Source: Candidatus Hadarchaeota archaeon (GTDB lineage: Archaea; CAYQAE01; CAYVLA01). From it: DNA of 12,143 nucleotides. Where the stretch lies: positions 1 through 12,143 of the forward strand of contig CAZUNO010000047.1 in the NCBI GenBank assembly GCA_964621445.1, written 5' to 3'. The notes below the pieces were generated by a model. The model did no database searches and was not told the origin of the DNA. It worked only from the letters and a program-made list of their open reading frames with translations. Within the stretch, counting starts at the first letter, position 1. Each line of letters begins with the position of its first letter. Both the position numbers and the translations under genes were made by a program. This document shows, piece by piece, positions 1 to 7,647 of the stretch.

Positions 1-228
1 TATATCTTCTCGAATTCCGTCTCTACCAGAGACTCTAGGCCCTTTGACCCTAACCCAAACAAATAATACCTGTGGACCTGGTGGCTAGGGAGAGCACAGA
101 TCATTATCGATAGTAACGCAAGGCCATATCACCCATTCGGAGTGAAATGGCAAATATCCCACCTCCTTCCCCCTTTTGAGGCGACCCAGAAGCGAGTATC
201 CTACCCTTGGTAAACTGAACGAGATCAC

Positions 229-236
229 TTTTATAG
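229..236 (+). promoter_or_regulatory. Putative archaeal TATA box for the sulfatase operon
   Basis: TTTTATAG lies 31-38 nt upstream of ATG 267 in an otherwise mixed-composition intergenic region. Confidence 0.5.
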
Positions 237-266
237 AGTGTCAAGAAAGCGTTGAGGAATCTGGCC

Positions 267-1679
267 ATGAGCAATTCACAGCCAAACATACTTGTCCTAT
301 TAACCGAACAGCATCGAGGTGACTCCCTTTCGTGTGAGAGGCATCCGGTCTTGCTCACCCCGACCATGGACCGCATAGCGGGACGCGGCGTCAGGTTCTC
401 AAGGGCTTACAGTACCTGCCCTGTTTGCATACCTGCCAGGCGGTCCCTGCTCACCGGACAGTCCCCCTCAACCCACGGGGTTCTCGGCTATGGGAGAAAA
501 CCTTGGAACGAGTCATCGATAGCGGATGAGCTGTCGAAGGCCGGCTATCAGACCGCCTGGATCGGGCGGGACATGCATCAGGAACCCCCCGAAAAGAGAT
601 GCGGCTTCGAGACAACCATTCTCAGCGGAATGCGTAACCCCGGCAATCCCTATGATCAGTTCTTGAAAAACAACCAGCCCGAAGGCGGAGGAGGGTACTA
701 CGGCAGCGGCGTAATGCACAATGACTACACTGCGCGGCCCTTTCATCTCCCTGAGAATCTACACCACACCACCTGGACGGTGGGCCAGGCATTATCCTGG
801 CTCAAGGAGCGCGACAGAGGCCGTCCCTTCTTCCTGGTAGTCTCTTTCCTGGCAGCCCATCCCCCTCTGATTCCCCCTGCATGCTACTTCGACCGCTATC
901 TTCGAACCGGGGTTCCCGACCCCTTCATCGGTGACTGGGCAAGACCGCCCGAGAATGACGGCATCGGCATGGGACAGTCATCCTCAAAGGTGAATCTCAA
1001 GGAAGAGGCCCTTCTGAGCGCCCGGGCCGGGTACTATGGACTGATAAACCATCTCGACGACCAGATGAATCGCCTTCTGAACCCCGTGACGGGAATACAG
1101 AGAATGACCGACAACAACACAGCGGTCATCATGACAAGCGACCATGGTGAAATGCTGGGGGATCACTACTGCTGGGCCAAGTCGCTGCCCTACGAGGGCG
1201 CCGCCCGGATTCCGTTGCTTATCAGTGTGCCGGATAGGTTCGAAGCGAGGGCCAACAGCGTGGTTGACAGGCCGGTGGGCCTGGAGGATATCTTGCCCAC
1301 CGTTCTGGAGATTTCAGGGGTGGATATCCCGGACTACGTGGATGGTAGGAGCCTCCTGCCGCTGCTGAGAGGGGACCGTGAGGCGGCATCTAACTGGCGA
1401 AGATACATTCACATCGAGTATGCGGATCCCAGGGCATTCCACGCCCTGACCGACGGCAAGGAGAAGTATGTGTGGTTTGCCGGGGACGACCGCGAACAGC
1501 TCTTTGACCTGAAGAACGATCCGGGCGAGTGCATCAATAAGGCGGATGATCCTGATTGGGCCAAAAATGTCGGTCGGTGGCGTCGGCTGATGGTTGATGA
1601 GCTGACGGGTCGCCCTGAGGGCTTCACCGACGGAGATGAACTGATCGCCGGTCGGCCCTATCCAATGATAATGGAGTAG
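267..1679 (+). CDS. Cys-type formylglycine-dependent sulfatase (arylsulfatase/choline-sulfatase-like), 470 aa, cytoplasmic
   Basis: N-terminal PNILVLLTEQHRGD, signature CPVCIPARRSLLTG (CxPxR), PFFLVVSFLAAHPP, TSDHGEMLGDH, AKSLPYE, and C-terminal EQLFDLKNDPGE. ATG 267 is preferred over TTG 252 because of GAGGA at 254-258 and TATA spacing. No signal peptide. Confidence 0.93.
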   Translation: MSNSQPNILVLLTEQHRGDSLSCERHPVLLTPTMDRIAGRGVRFSRAYSTCPVCIPARRSLLTGQSPSTHGVLGYGRKPWNESSIADELSKAGYQTAWIGRDMHQEPPEKRCGFETTILSGMRNPGNPYDQFLKNNQPEGGGGYYGSGVMHNDYTARPFHLPENLHHTTWTVGQALSWLKERDRGRPFFLVVSFLAAHPPLIPPACYFDRYLRTGVPDPFIGDWARPPENDGIGMGQSSSKVNLKEEALLSARAGYYGLINHLDDQMNRLLNPVTGIQRMTDNNTAVIMTSDHGEMLGDHYCWAKSLPYEGAARIPLLISVPDRFEARANSVVDRPVGLEDILPTVLEISGVDIPDYVDGRSLLPLLRGDREAASNWRRYIHIEYADPRAFHALTDGKEKYVWFAGDDREQLFDLKNDPGECINKADDPDWAKNVGRWRRLMVDELTGRPEGFTDGDELIAGRPYPMIME

Positions 1680-1688
1680 ATCAAGCAA

Positions 1689-3107
1689 TTGCAACCCGAT
1701 ATCGTATGGATCTACTGTGATGAGTTGCGGACGGACGCGCTTGGCTGTTACGGCCATCCAACCATGCGGATGTACACCCCGAATATTGACCGGCTGGCCG
1801 CCAGCGGGGTGCGCTTTGCCAATGGCTTCTGCAACTCACCGGTCTGCGTCCCCTCGCGCATGTGCACTTTGACCGGCCTCCGCCCCGAGGACACCGGTGT
1901 GTACAACAATGAAGGCAGCTGGAGGAACTTCCGCATGCCATTCCGGCCGGAGACCTTTCCCCAGGTACTGGCGGCAAGCGGCTACCGGACTGCCAACTTC
2001 GGCAAGATCCATCTCGCCCGCGAAATGTTACCGGGGCCTGACTCCGATCGCACGGTATTCCAGCATCATGATCACGGGGGCGCCGAGATGGACTTCTGGT
2101 CGCATCTTGGCAATGACCGTGTGAAGATGGTGCGGTCCCCGATTGGAGGTATGAATGGCGGTGTCTACCCCGCCGGTGAGCCATACCCGCCCGATGAGGT
2201 CATGGCACGTGCGCTGCGGTGGATGAGATCTGTTGAGAGGCCTTTCCTGGTGCGTATGTCGCTCCTGCAGCCACACACACCGGTTTTGCCCCCGGAGAGT
2301 TACATACGACTCTATTCGGGCCAGGACCCGGGGCTGCCTGAGCCGTTGCCCGACACGATGTCCGAGTTTGAGAAACGCGTGGCGGATATCCATGGTCTGG
2401 ATCGCATGCCCCGGGAGAAGCTGAGGTCGGCGCGATTATCGTACTATGCGCAGGTCGCCTGGATCGATACACAGGTGGGAATAGTGCTTACCGAGCTGGA
2501 ATGCAAAGGTCGTCTTGAAGAGACCATAGTCATGTTCGGGTCCGATCACGGGAATCCCCTTGGTGACAGCGGGGCCTTTGGGAAACACACCTTTACCCCC
2601 ACCGTGCATCGGGTGCCCCTGATCATATCACTACCCGGCACGCTGCCAGAGGGAGAGGTCCGTGACGATATCTGCGAGAGCCTCGATGTTGGCCGTACAC
2701 TGCTGGGCCTCGCCGGAATCTCGGCTCCAGATCAGTTCAGGGGGCGTGATCTCTTCACGGACCCGGAGCCTGAGGCCATCTACTCGACAATAGGATTCGG
2801 GCAGCCTGACAGCAAGCTCGCCCCGAATGGGGGTATTGGGGAATGGACGGAGAACCGTGGGTGGCCGCGACGCTGTTGCATCCGAACCGGGGAGTTCAGA
2901 CTCGATATGAACGTGCTGATCGACAACCAAAGACCAGCGCCCGAAGATGAAGACGTATTCCTGGTCGATGTCAGGAAAGACCCTGGAGAGTTCACAAACC
3001 TCGCAGCCGATCCTGACTATTCAGATGTTGTTCAAGACCTGGCCGGAAAGCTCGAGAAGCACGCTGAGGGCGGTGTCGAGATCCCGTCCACATGTCTTGT
3101 ACGATGA
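1689..3107 (+). CDS. Cys-type sulfatase, 472 aa, cytoplasmic
   Basis: PDIVWIYCDELR, CNSPVCVPSRMCTLTG, GYRTANFGKIH, PFLVRMSLLQPHTP, GSDHG, and DPGEFTNLAADPDY. TTG start is uncertain. The gene is in the same frame as the upstream sulfatase and separated from it only by TAG plus 3 codons. Confidence 0.92.
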   Translation: MQPDIVWIYCDELRTDALGCYGHPTMRMYTPNIDRLAASGVRFANGFCNSPVCVPSRMCTLTGLRPEDTGVYNNEGSWRNFRMPFRPETFPQVLAASGYRTANFGKIHLAREMLPGPDSDRTVFQHHDHGGAEMDFWSHLGNDRVKMVRSPIGGMNGGVYPAGEPYPPDEVMARALRWMRSVERPFLVRMSLLQPHTPVLPPESYIRLYSGQDPGLPEPLPDTMSEFEKRVADIHGLDRMPREKLRSARLSYYAQVAWIDTQVGIVLTELECKGRLEETIVMFGSDHGNPLGDSGAFGKHTFTPTVHRVPLIISLPGTLPEGEVRDDICESLDVGRTLLGLAGISAPDQFRGRDLFTDPEPEAIYSTIGFGQPDSKLAPNGGIGEWTENRGWPRRCCIRTGEFRLDMNVLIDNQRPAPEDEDVFLVDVRKDPGEFTNLAADPDYSDVVQDLAGKLEKHAEGGVEIPSTCLVR

Positions 3108-3131
3108 ATGTTTCAGGTCCGAGAGACAGAT

Positions 3132-3138
3132 AGGAGGT
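3132..3138 (+). promoter_or_regulatory. Shine-Dalgarno sequence for the GH99-like gene
   Basis: AGGAGGT lies 6 nt upstream of the in-frame GTG at 3145. Confidence 0.8.
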
Positions 3139-3144
3139 ATAACG

Positions 3145-4251
3145 GTGGGACACTATGACGTCGCTGCTTTCATCTGGCCTGCCTTCCACCACGATCCCCG
3201 CATGGAGGACATCTGGACGGAGGGTGACGGCGAGTGGATGACCGTTCGCAACGCCAAACCCCGCTTCGATGGACACAATCAACCCAGGGTTCCCCTGTTT
3301 GGTTACCAGGATGAAGCCGATCCAGGTGTGATGAGGCAGCATGCTGAGCTCGCCCTCGAGCACGGGGTGAACGTGTTCATAATGGACTGGTACTGGTACG
3401 AGGATTCCCCGTTCCTCGAAAGGCAGCTCAACGAGGGCTTGATGCCCGGGATCAAGGGAACCGGTATGAAGTTCTATCTGATGTGGGCAAACCACGATGC
3501 AGGCCTGACCTGGGACCCGATCACCGATGACACGGATATCTTCTGGAGGGAAGCAGTTGACAGGGCGACATTCGAAAGGATCGCCCGGAGATGGATAGAG
3601 AGGTACTTCTCGCATGACAACTATTACAAGATAGACGGTTGTCCCGTTCTTTGCCTGTACGACCTTCCAGCATTTGTGGATGGTATTGGCGGGACAGGCG
3701 AGGCGAAGAGGGCACTGGCCTGGTTTCGAGCTGAGGTGAAGGAGGCAGGTTATCCGGACCTCCATCTGCAAAACACCTACATGGGCCATATACCGATGGA
3801 TATCCTGTCCAGTTGCCCCGATCTTGAGATCGGACCCTCCGGGGCGGTCAATGCAATTGGCTTTGACAGCGTGACCCGCTACCAGTGGGTACATGTTGCG
3901 GGAGCGCAGGACCGGGAGTACTCGGAGTGGGGGGAGATCGGTGTGGATGACTGGGATATAATGCTGAAGCGGTTCGGCAGTGTTGTTCCACACGTCTCGG
4001 TCGGTTGGGACAACAACCCCAGGTTCACGACATACAGACAGATAGTCAGGGATGAGTCACCAGAGCTATTCGAAGGATTTCTGAGAAGGGCAAAGGGATT
4101 CCTCGACACGCATCCCGAGCAGCACAGACTGGTGACATTGAACTCATGGAATGAGTGGACCGAGGGTTCGTATCTACTGCCGGACGAGAGATCTGGATAT
4201 GGCTTTCTCGAGGCAGTCAAGGCTGTATTTGGAGGCTCTAGTGACATCTGA
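3145..4251 (+). CDS. Glycoside hydrolase family 99-like (WbsX-like) domain protein, 368 aa, cytoplasmic
   Basis: VAAFIWPAFH, GEWMTVRNAKPRFDGHNQPRVPLFGY, HGVNVFIMDWYWY, FYLMWANHD, NYYKIDGCPV, VGWDNNPR and NSWNEWTEGSYLLPD are typical of the WbsX/GH99-like family. The start is moved from 2947 (which overlaps sulfatase 2) to GTG 3145 with a perfect SD. Confidence 0.88.
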   Translation: MGHYDVAAFIWPAFHHDPRMEDIWTEGDGEWMTVRNAKPRFDGHNQPRVPLFGYQDEADPGVMRQHAELALEHGVNVFIMDWYWYEDSPFLERQLNEGLMPGIKGTGMKFYLMWANHDAGLTWDPITDDTDIFWREAVDRATFERIARRWIERYFSHDNYYKIDGCPVLCLYDLPAFVDGIGGTGEAKRALAWFRAEVKEAGYPDLHLQNTYMGHIPMDILSSCPDLEIGPSGAVNAIGFDSVTRYQWVHVAGAQDREYSEWGEIGVDDWDIMLKRFGSVVPHVSVGWDNNPRFTTYRQIVRDESPELFEGFLRRAKGFLDTHPEQHRLVTLNSWNEWTEGSYLLPDERSGYGFLEAVKAVFGGSSDI

Positions 4252-4522
4252 ACGGGCGACCTGGGGCGTCCGGGCCTCAGGATGGACCCTTGGTCTATCG
4301 GGTGCCGAATAGATTAGTGGGCTTGGAGAATACCTTGCAGGTCCAAGGACAAAAGCCCGAGGTAATGGATGGCTATATCTTTGGAGATCTGCCTACCTGG
4401 GGCACAGGCTTTAGGCATGCCACCAGTTCCATAGAAAGCCCGGGGCATGTTTCAAGATAATCAGGATCTCTCTTCAGTTCCCGGGCTGTGGTCGAAACGA
4501 GGAATGTAAGTGGGGGAATCCG

Positions 4523-5779
4523 TTACTCGGTTCTCTGCCCACGGAAGCTTGTCGATGCGACCTCCCGGTAGAGCCTCTGCCGTATCATTAATGACCAGAC
4601 AATGAAACCTGCCAGAATCGACGTGGCGCTGACTATCAGCCACTGGGCCAGGTAGATCCAGACCAGGGCACGGTCCTTTCTCTCAATGGCGAGGGCATTG
4701 AGTTCCTCTAAATCCTGTATGAACTGGCTGTAGGCCGACCGGGCCTGTTCATACTCCTGCCTCAGGTACATCTCGTCTGCCTCTCCTTTCGAGTCCATCA
4801 CATCATCCATGCCCTCGAATATTGGCGCCATGTTTGCGCCGAAACCCTCCGCGAACTCGATGGTCCCTAGCAGCAGCGAGGTTCGGGTATTGAACCCTGT
4901 GATCTTTGACCTGATGTCGTGTATTATCTCCACGTCATCGGGCAGCTGCCTCCCAGTGCTGTACAGTATCATATTCATTATTATGTCAAAGCCGTATGGA
5001 TTCGCCATCGGATCCTGCCACCACCACTCCGTCAGCGAATCATGTGTGGTCCAGGTAATGCCTTCTCCATACTGCCATGAGATGATCTGAGGGGTGCACC
5101 CTGGCTTCTGGTTTGCCCGATCGGCGAATGGCCCCTTGATCCAGGACCAAACAACGGCCCCCGGGCGTGGGATCAGTAGGGCACAGCGGTAGCCCGAGAG
5201 GTACCATGGCACATCCTTGCCTTTGAACATGGTGAGAACCGGCGGGAGTCCGGTTCCTTCCTCCAGGATTATGCGGCCGTCCCTGGGATAGCGAGACCAT
5301 CCCGCGCCGATGGTCAGCAGCGCCTCGACATCGTTCGGGAACGCCCTCTGGGTTGCGGAGTCCGCCCAGTCCTGGAAATATTGCGTGCTGAGGAGGGATC
5401 TCGAATTCATACCTCCGGTGCCTTCCAACACGGCATCATGCATCCATCTCTGCTGGAGGGGGCTGAACATGCCCATCTGGGTTCCCTCGAAAAGCATGAA
5501 ATCCTGGATCTGTACCCCTTCATAGCTGCGCGGGAAGTAGATCCTCACGAACTTCTTGATCTGGGGATCTCCTCCAGGCACGGACCGACTGGGAACGAAG
5601 AGGGGCGATATCATGGGCTCGCCCATGAACCAAGAACTTATGAGGCGTGTATCGTCCACCCTGCCGGTCAGAAGGGCCCCGATCTTGTCCGTTTTCTCGT
5701 GAAGGCCTTTACACGGCACCAGGAATAACCCCAGCATGACCAGGAGGATCGCCGAGAGATATCGTGGCCTGATGATCAA
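4523..5779 (-). CDS. Membrane-anchored hypothetical protein (paralogue A), 418 aa: signal peptide, globular domain, helical stalk, C-terminal TM helix
   Basis: N-terminal MIIRPRYLSAILLVMLGLFLVP and C-terminal hydrophobic WIYLAQWLIVSATSILAGFIVWSLM followed by basic RQRLYR. It has clear full-length similarity to 9168-10430. TTG start. Confidence 0.88.
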   Translation of the reverse strand: MIIRPRYLSAILLVMLGLFLVPCKGLHEKTDKIGALLTGRVDDTRLISSWFMGEPMISPLFVPSRSVPGGDPQIKKFVRIYFPRSYEGVQIQDFMLFEGTQMGMFSPLQQRWMHDAVLEGTGGMNSRSLLSTQYFQDWADSATQRAFPNDVEALLTIGAGWSRYPRDGRIILEEGTGLPPVLTMFKGKDVPWYLSGYRCALLIPRPGAVVWSWIKGPFADRANQKPGCTPQIISWQYGEGITWTTHDSLTEWWWQDPMANPYGFDIIMNMILYSTGRQLPDDVEIIHDIRSKITGFNTRTSLLLGTIEFAEGFGANMAPIFEGMDDVMDSKGEADEMYLRQEYEQARSAYSQFIQDLEELNALAIERKDRALVWIYLAQWLIVSATSILAGFIVWSLMIRQRLYREVASTSFRGQRTE

Positions 5780-5802
5780 CGCATTCAGCGCACCGTGGCG
5801 GG

Positions 5803-5808
5803 TTTAAA
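5803..5808 (-). promoter_or_regulatory. Putative TATA box for a near-leaderless transcript of paralogue A
   Basis: TTTAAA lies 24-29 nt upstream of TTG 5779, and no SD is visible before the start. Confidence 0.55.
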
Positions 5809-5865
5809 TGTATTGCCGTAGCCAGAGCAGCTGTCTCGGCATCTCAGGGACGATTCCCCACAGGG

Positions 5866-7287
5866 CTACGAATGTGAGAATGAATGGTGCAGTTGGACAT
5901 TGTCGTCGGTTCGGCTCTGCCAGTCCCGGATCCTTTCAAGGAGGTCCGACATCAGACCTTCATATCTCCCAGATTGGGCAAGATTGTTGATCTCCATGGG
6001 ATCATCCTCCAGGTTGTACAGCTCATGCCTCCCTATGGTTGAGTAGGTGAACCTCCAGCCATCTGGTGTAAGAATCGTCCGGGTGGGGTCTGTCAACGCA
6101 TCTGCAGCCCGATCAGGCGCTTTTCGGCCTTTTCGTATATTCCACTCTATTATCGCGCCCTCATTAGTTACCTCCCCGCCATCGATTATAGGATTCAGGG
6201 TCTCCCCCTGGAGGTGTTTGGGGATCTCCTCGCCCATGATGTCGAGGATCGTGGGAAGCAGATCGATATGGCTAACGGGTTCGTGGACGGTGATTGGTTC
6301 CTTCTCTCCAGGTGTCCTGATGATGAGCGGGACCCTGATAGCCTCCTTGTACATCACCCCCTTCTGTAGCAGTCGATGGCTGCCCAGCATGTCCCCGTGG
6401 TCGGCCGTGTAGACGATCACCGTCTCGTCATACAGGTCGCATTCCCGTAGGGTCTCGAGAATTGTTCCCACATGGGTGTCAACCTGGCTGCACAGCCCCC
6501 AGTAGTTGGAGACAAGCTTTCTCCATTCCTCCTCGTCCTGGAGGTTCCAGGAACGGTATCCCTTCTCGTAGAAGGACCGGTAGCGGTGAAGTGCCTTGGG
6601 GTGCTGGTCCTCGGTTGGAGGATGGTGGAAATTCTCCGGCAGCTCTATTTCATTGGGATCATACTGCCCGTCCCTTGGACCGTGGTAGGGCGGATGGGGT
6701 TCATGGAATCCGACGAAGAGAACGAAGGGCCGCCTCCGGTTCTCCCGGATGAACCTCGAGGCCTCGCGAGCGAGGTATGCAGTCTTCGAGAATTCCTCCG
6801 GTATTTTAGTGCAGGCAAGGTTGTCAAAGGTGTTGTCCTCACCCGGCTGGAAGCCGTTCTTGACGAGAAAGTTGTAGTAGGTTGAGCGGTCCCCGCGGTC
6901 ACGTCCGGGACGATAGTGTTTGTGGTAGTCATCCTGTATGCTTCTCCACTCATCGAACCCGTGCTGACGGAAGACCTCATCCCCTAGATGCCATTTACCA
7001 TAGTACCCGGTTACGTACCTGTGTTCAGGCAACATCTCCGGAAGACAGGGCACGTTCAGCGGGAGTACGGTGTTGTCGGCTGTGCACCCAGTTGAATGAG
7101 GATAGAGTCCTGTGAGAAGGGAGGAGCGCGAAGCTGTGCAGACCGGTTGTGTCACGCAGGTTTGCTCAAACACTACCCCTTCCGAGGCAAGCCTATTCAG
7201 GTTCGGCATCTGGATACGGGAGTTACCATACGCGGCCATGGTATCGGTTCTCTGCTGATCAGTAAATATGAATAGAAGATTCGACAT
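5866..7287 (-). CDS. Cys-type sulfatase, 473 aa, cytoplasmic
   Basis: C-terminal part of the 879-aa track ORF. It starts MSNLLFIFTDQQRTD at ATG 7287 and contains QPVCTASRSSLLTG (CxAxR), GYYGKWHLG, PFVLFVGFHEPHPP, TADHGDMLGSH, LQKG and ELYNLEDDPMEINNLA. Confidence 0.93.
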   Translation of the reverse strand: MSNLLFIFTDQQRTDTMAAYGNSRIQMPNLNRLASEGVVFEQTCVTQPVCTASRSSLLTGLYPHSTGCTADNTVLPLNVPCLPEMLPEHRYVTGYYGKWHLGDEVFRQHGFDEWRSIQDDYHKHYRPGRDRGDRSTYYNFLVKNGFQPGEDNTFDNLACTKIPEEFSKTAYLAREASRFIRENRRRPFVLFVGFHEPHPPYHGPRDGQYDPNEIELPENFHHPPTEDQHPKALHRYRSFYEKGYRSWNLQDEEEWRKLVSNYWGLCSQVDTHVGTILETLRECDLYDETVIVYTADHGDMLGSHRLLQKGVMYKEAIRVPLIIRTPGEKEPITVHEPVSHIDLLPTILDIMGEEIPKHLQGETLNPIIDGGEVTNEGAIIEWNIRKGRKAPDRAADALTDPTRTILTPDGWRFTYSTIGRHELYNLEDDPMEINNLAQSGRYEGLMSDLLERIRDWQSRTDDNVQLHHSFSHS

Positions 7288-7308
7288 GGTGTCGGTTCTC
7301 TGAGGATC
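7237..7308. repeat. 24-bp imperfect direct repeat (21/24 identical), 48-bp period
   Basis: CATGGTATCGGTTCTCTGCTGATC (7237-7260) versus CATGGTGTCGGTTCTCTGAGGATC (7285-7308). On the minus strand these read DQQRTDTM and DPQRTDTM. Confidence 0.85.
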
Positions 7309-7647
7309 GATCCCCTTATGTGTTGTTTCCAAATGAATACCCAACCCCCAGTCAACCATGCAAACGGAGGACGGCCAAAACCCGGCTTCTCGTCCCAGGG
7401 TCTGCATGTCTTGAAATTTGATGGCAAATAACGGAAACATGTGTTGCTCGCAGCATCTGGTCCCAATATGCGCATTAAGCAACCCTGGCCGAGGTTCGTT
7501 ACCTGTCGTATCCGCCTCGTGGAGGTATGGGGGTGGAGAAATAGACAGGGGCCGGTTGAAAGCAGGCAGACAAGTAGTAAACCTTCGTTGATATTCGAAA
7601 CCCTTTTTCAGTCTCGAGCGAGTATTAAAGGCATGAAGGGCTAAATC

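Noticed and set aside
19-33. GTCTCT-ACC-AGAGAC hairpin
   Set aside because: A 6-bp stem with no U-tract or supporting context is expected by chance.
2947-3144. Extended N-terminus of the GH99-like ORF
   Set aside because: It overlaps sulfatase 2 by about 160 nt, and a perfect SD with GTG at 3145 coincides with the start of family similarity.
2992-3993. 333-aa minus-strand ORF
   Set aside because: It is antisense to the well-supported GH99-like gene, has the His/Pro/Val-rich composition typical of shadow ORFs, and contains no motifs.
7309-7647. Small ORFs (7197-7475 minus, 7441-7644 plus) in the divergent intergenic region
   Set aside because: No recognisable motifs or SD. The region is more simply a divergent promoter area (TATTAAAG at 7623-7630), though a decayed gene cannot be excluded.
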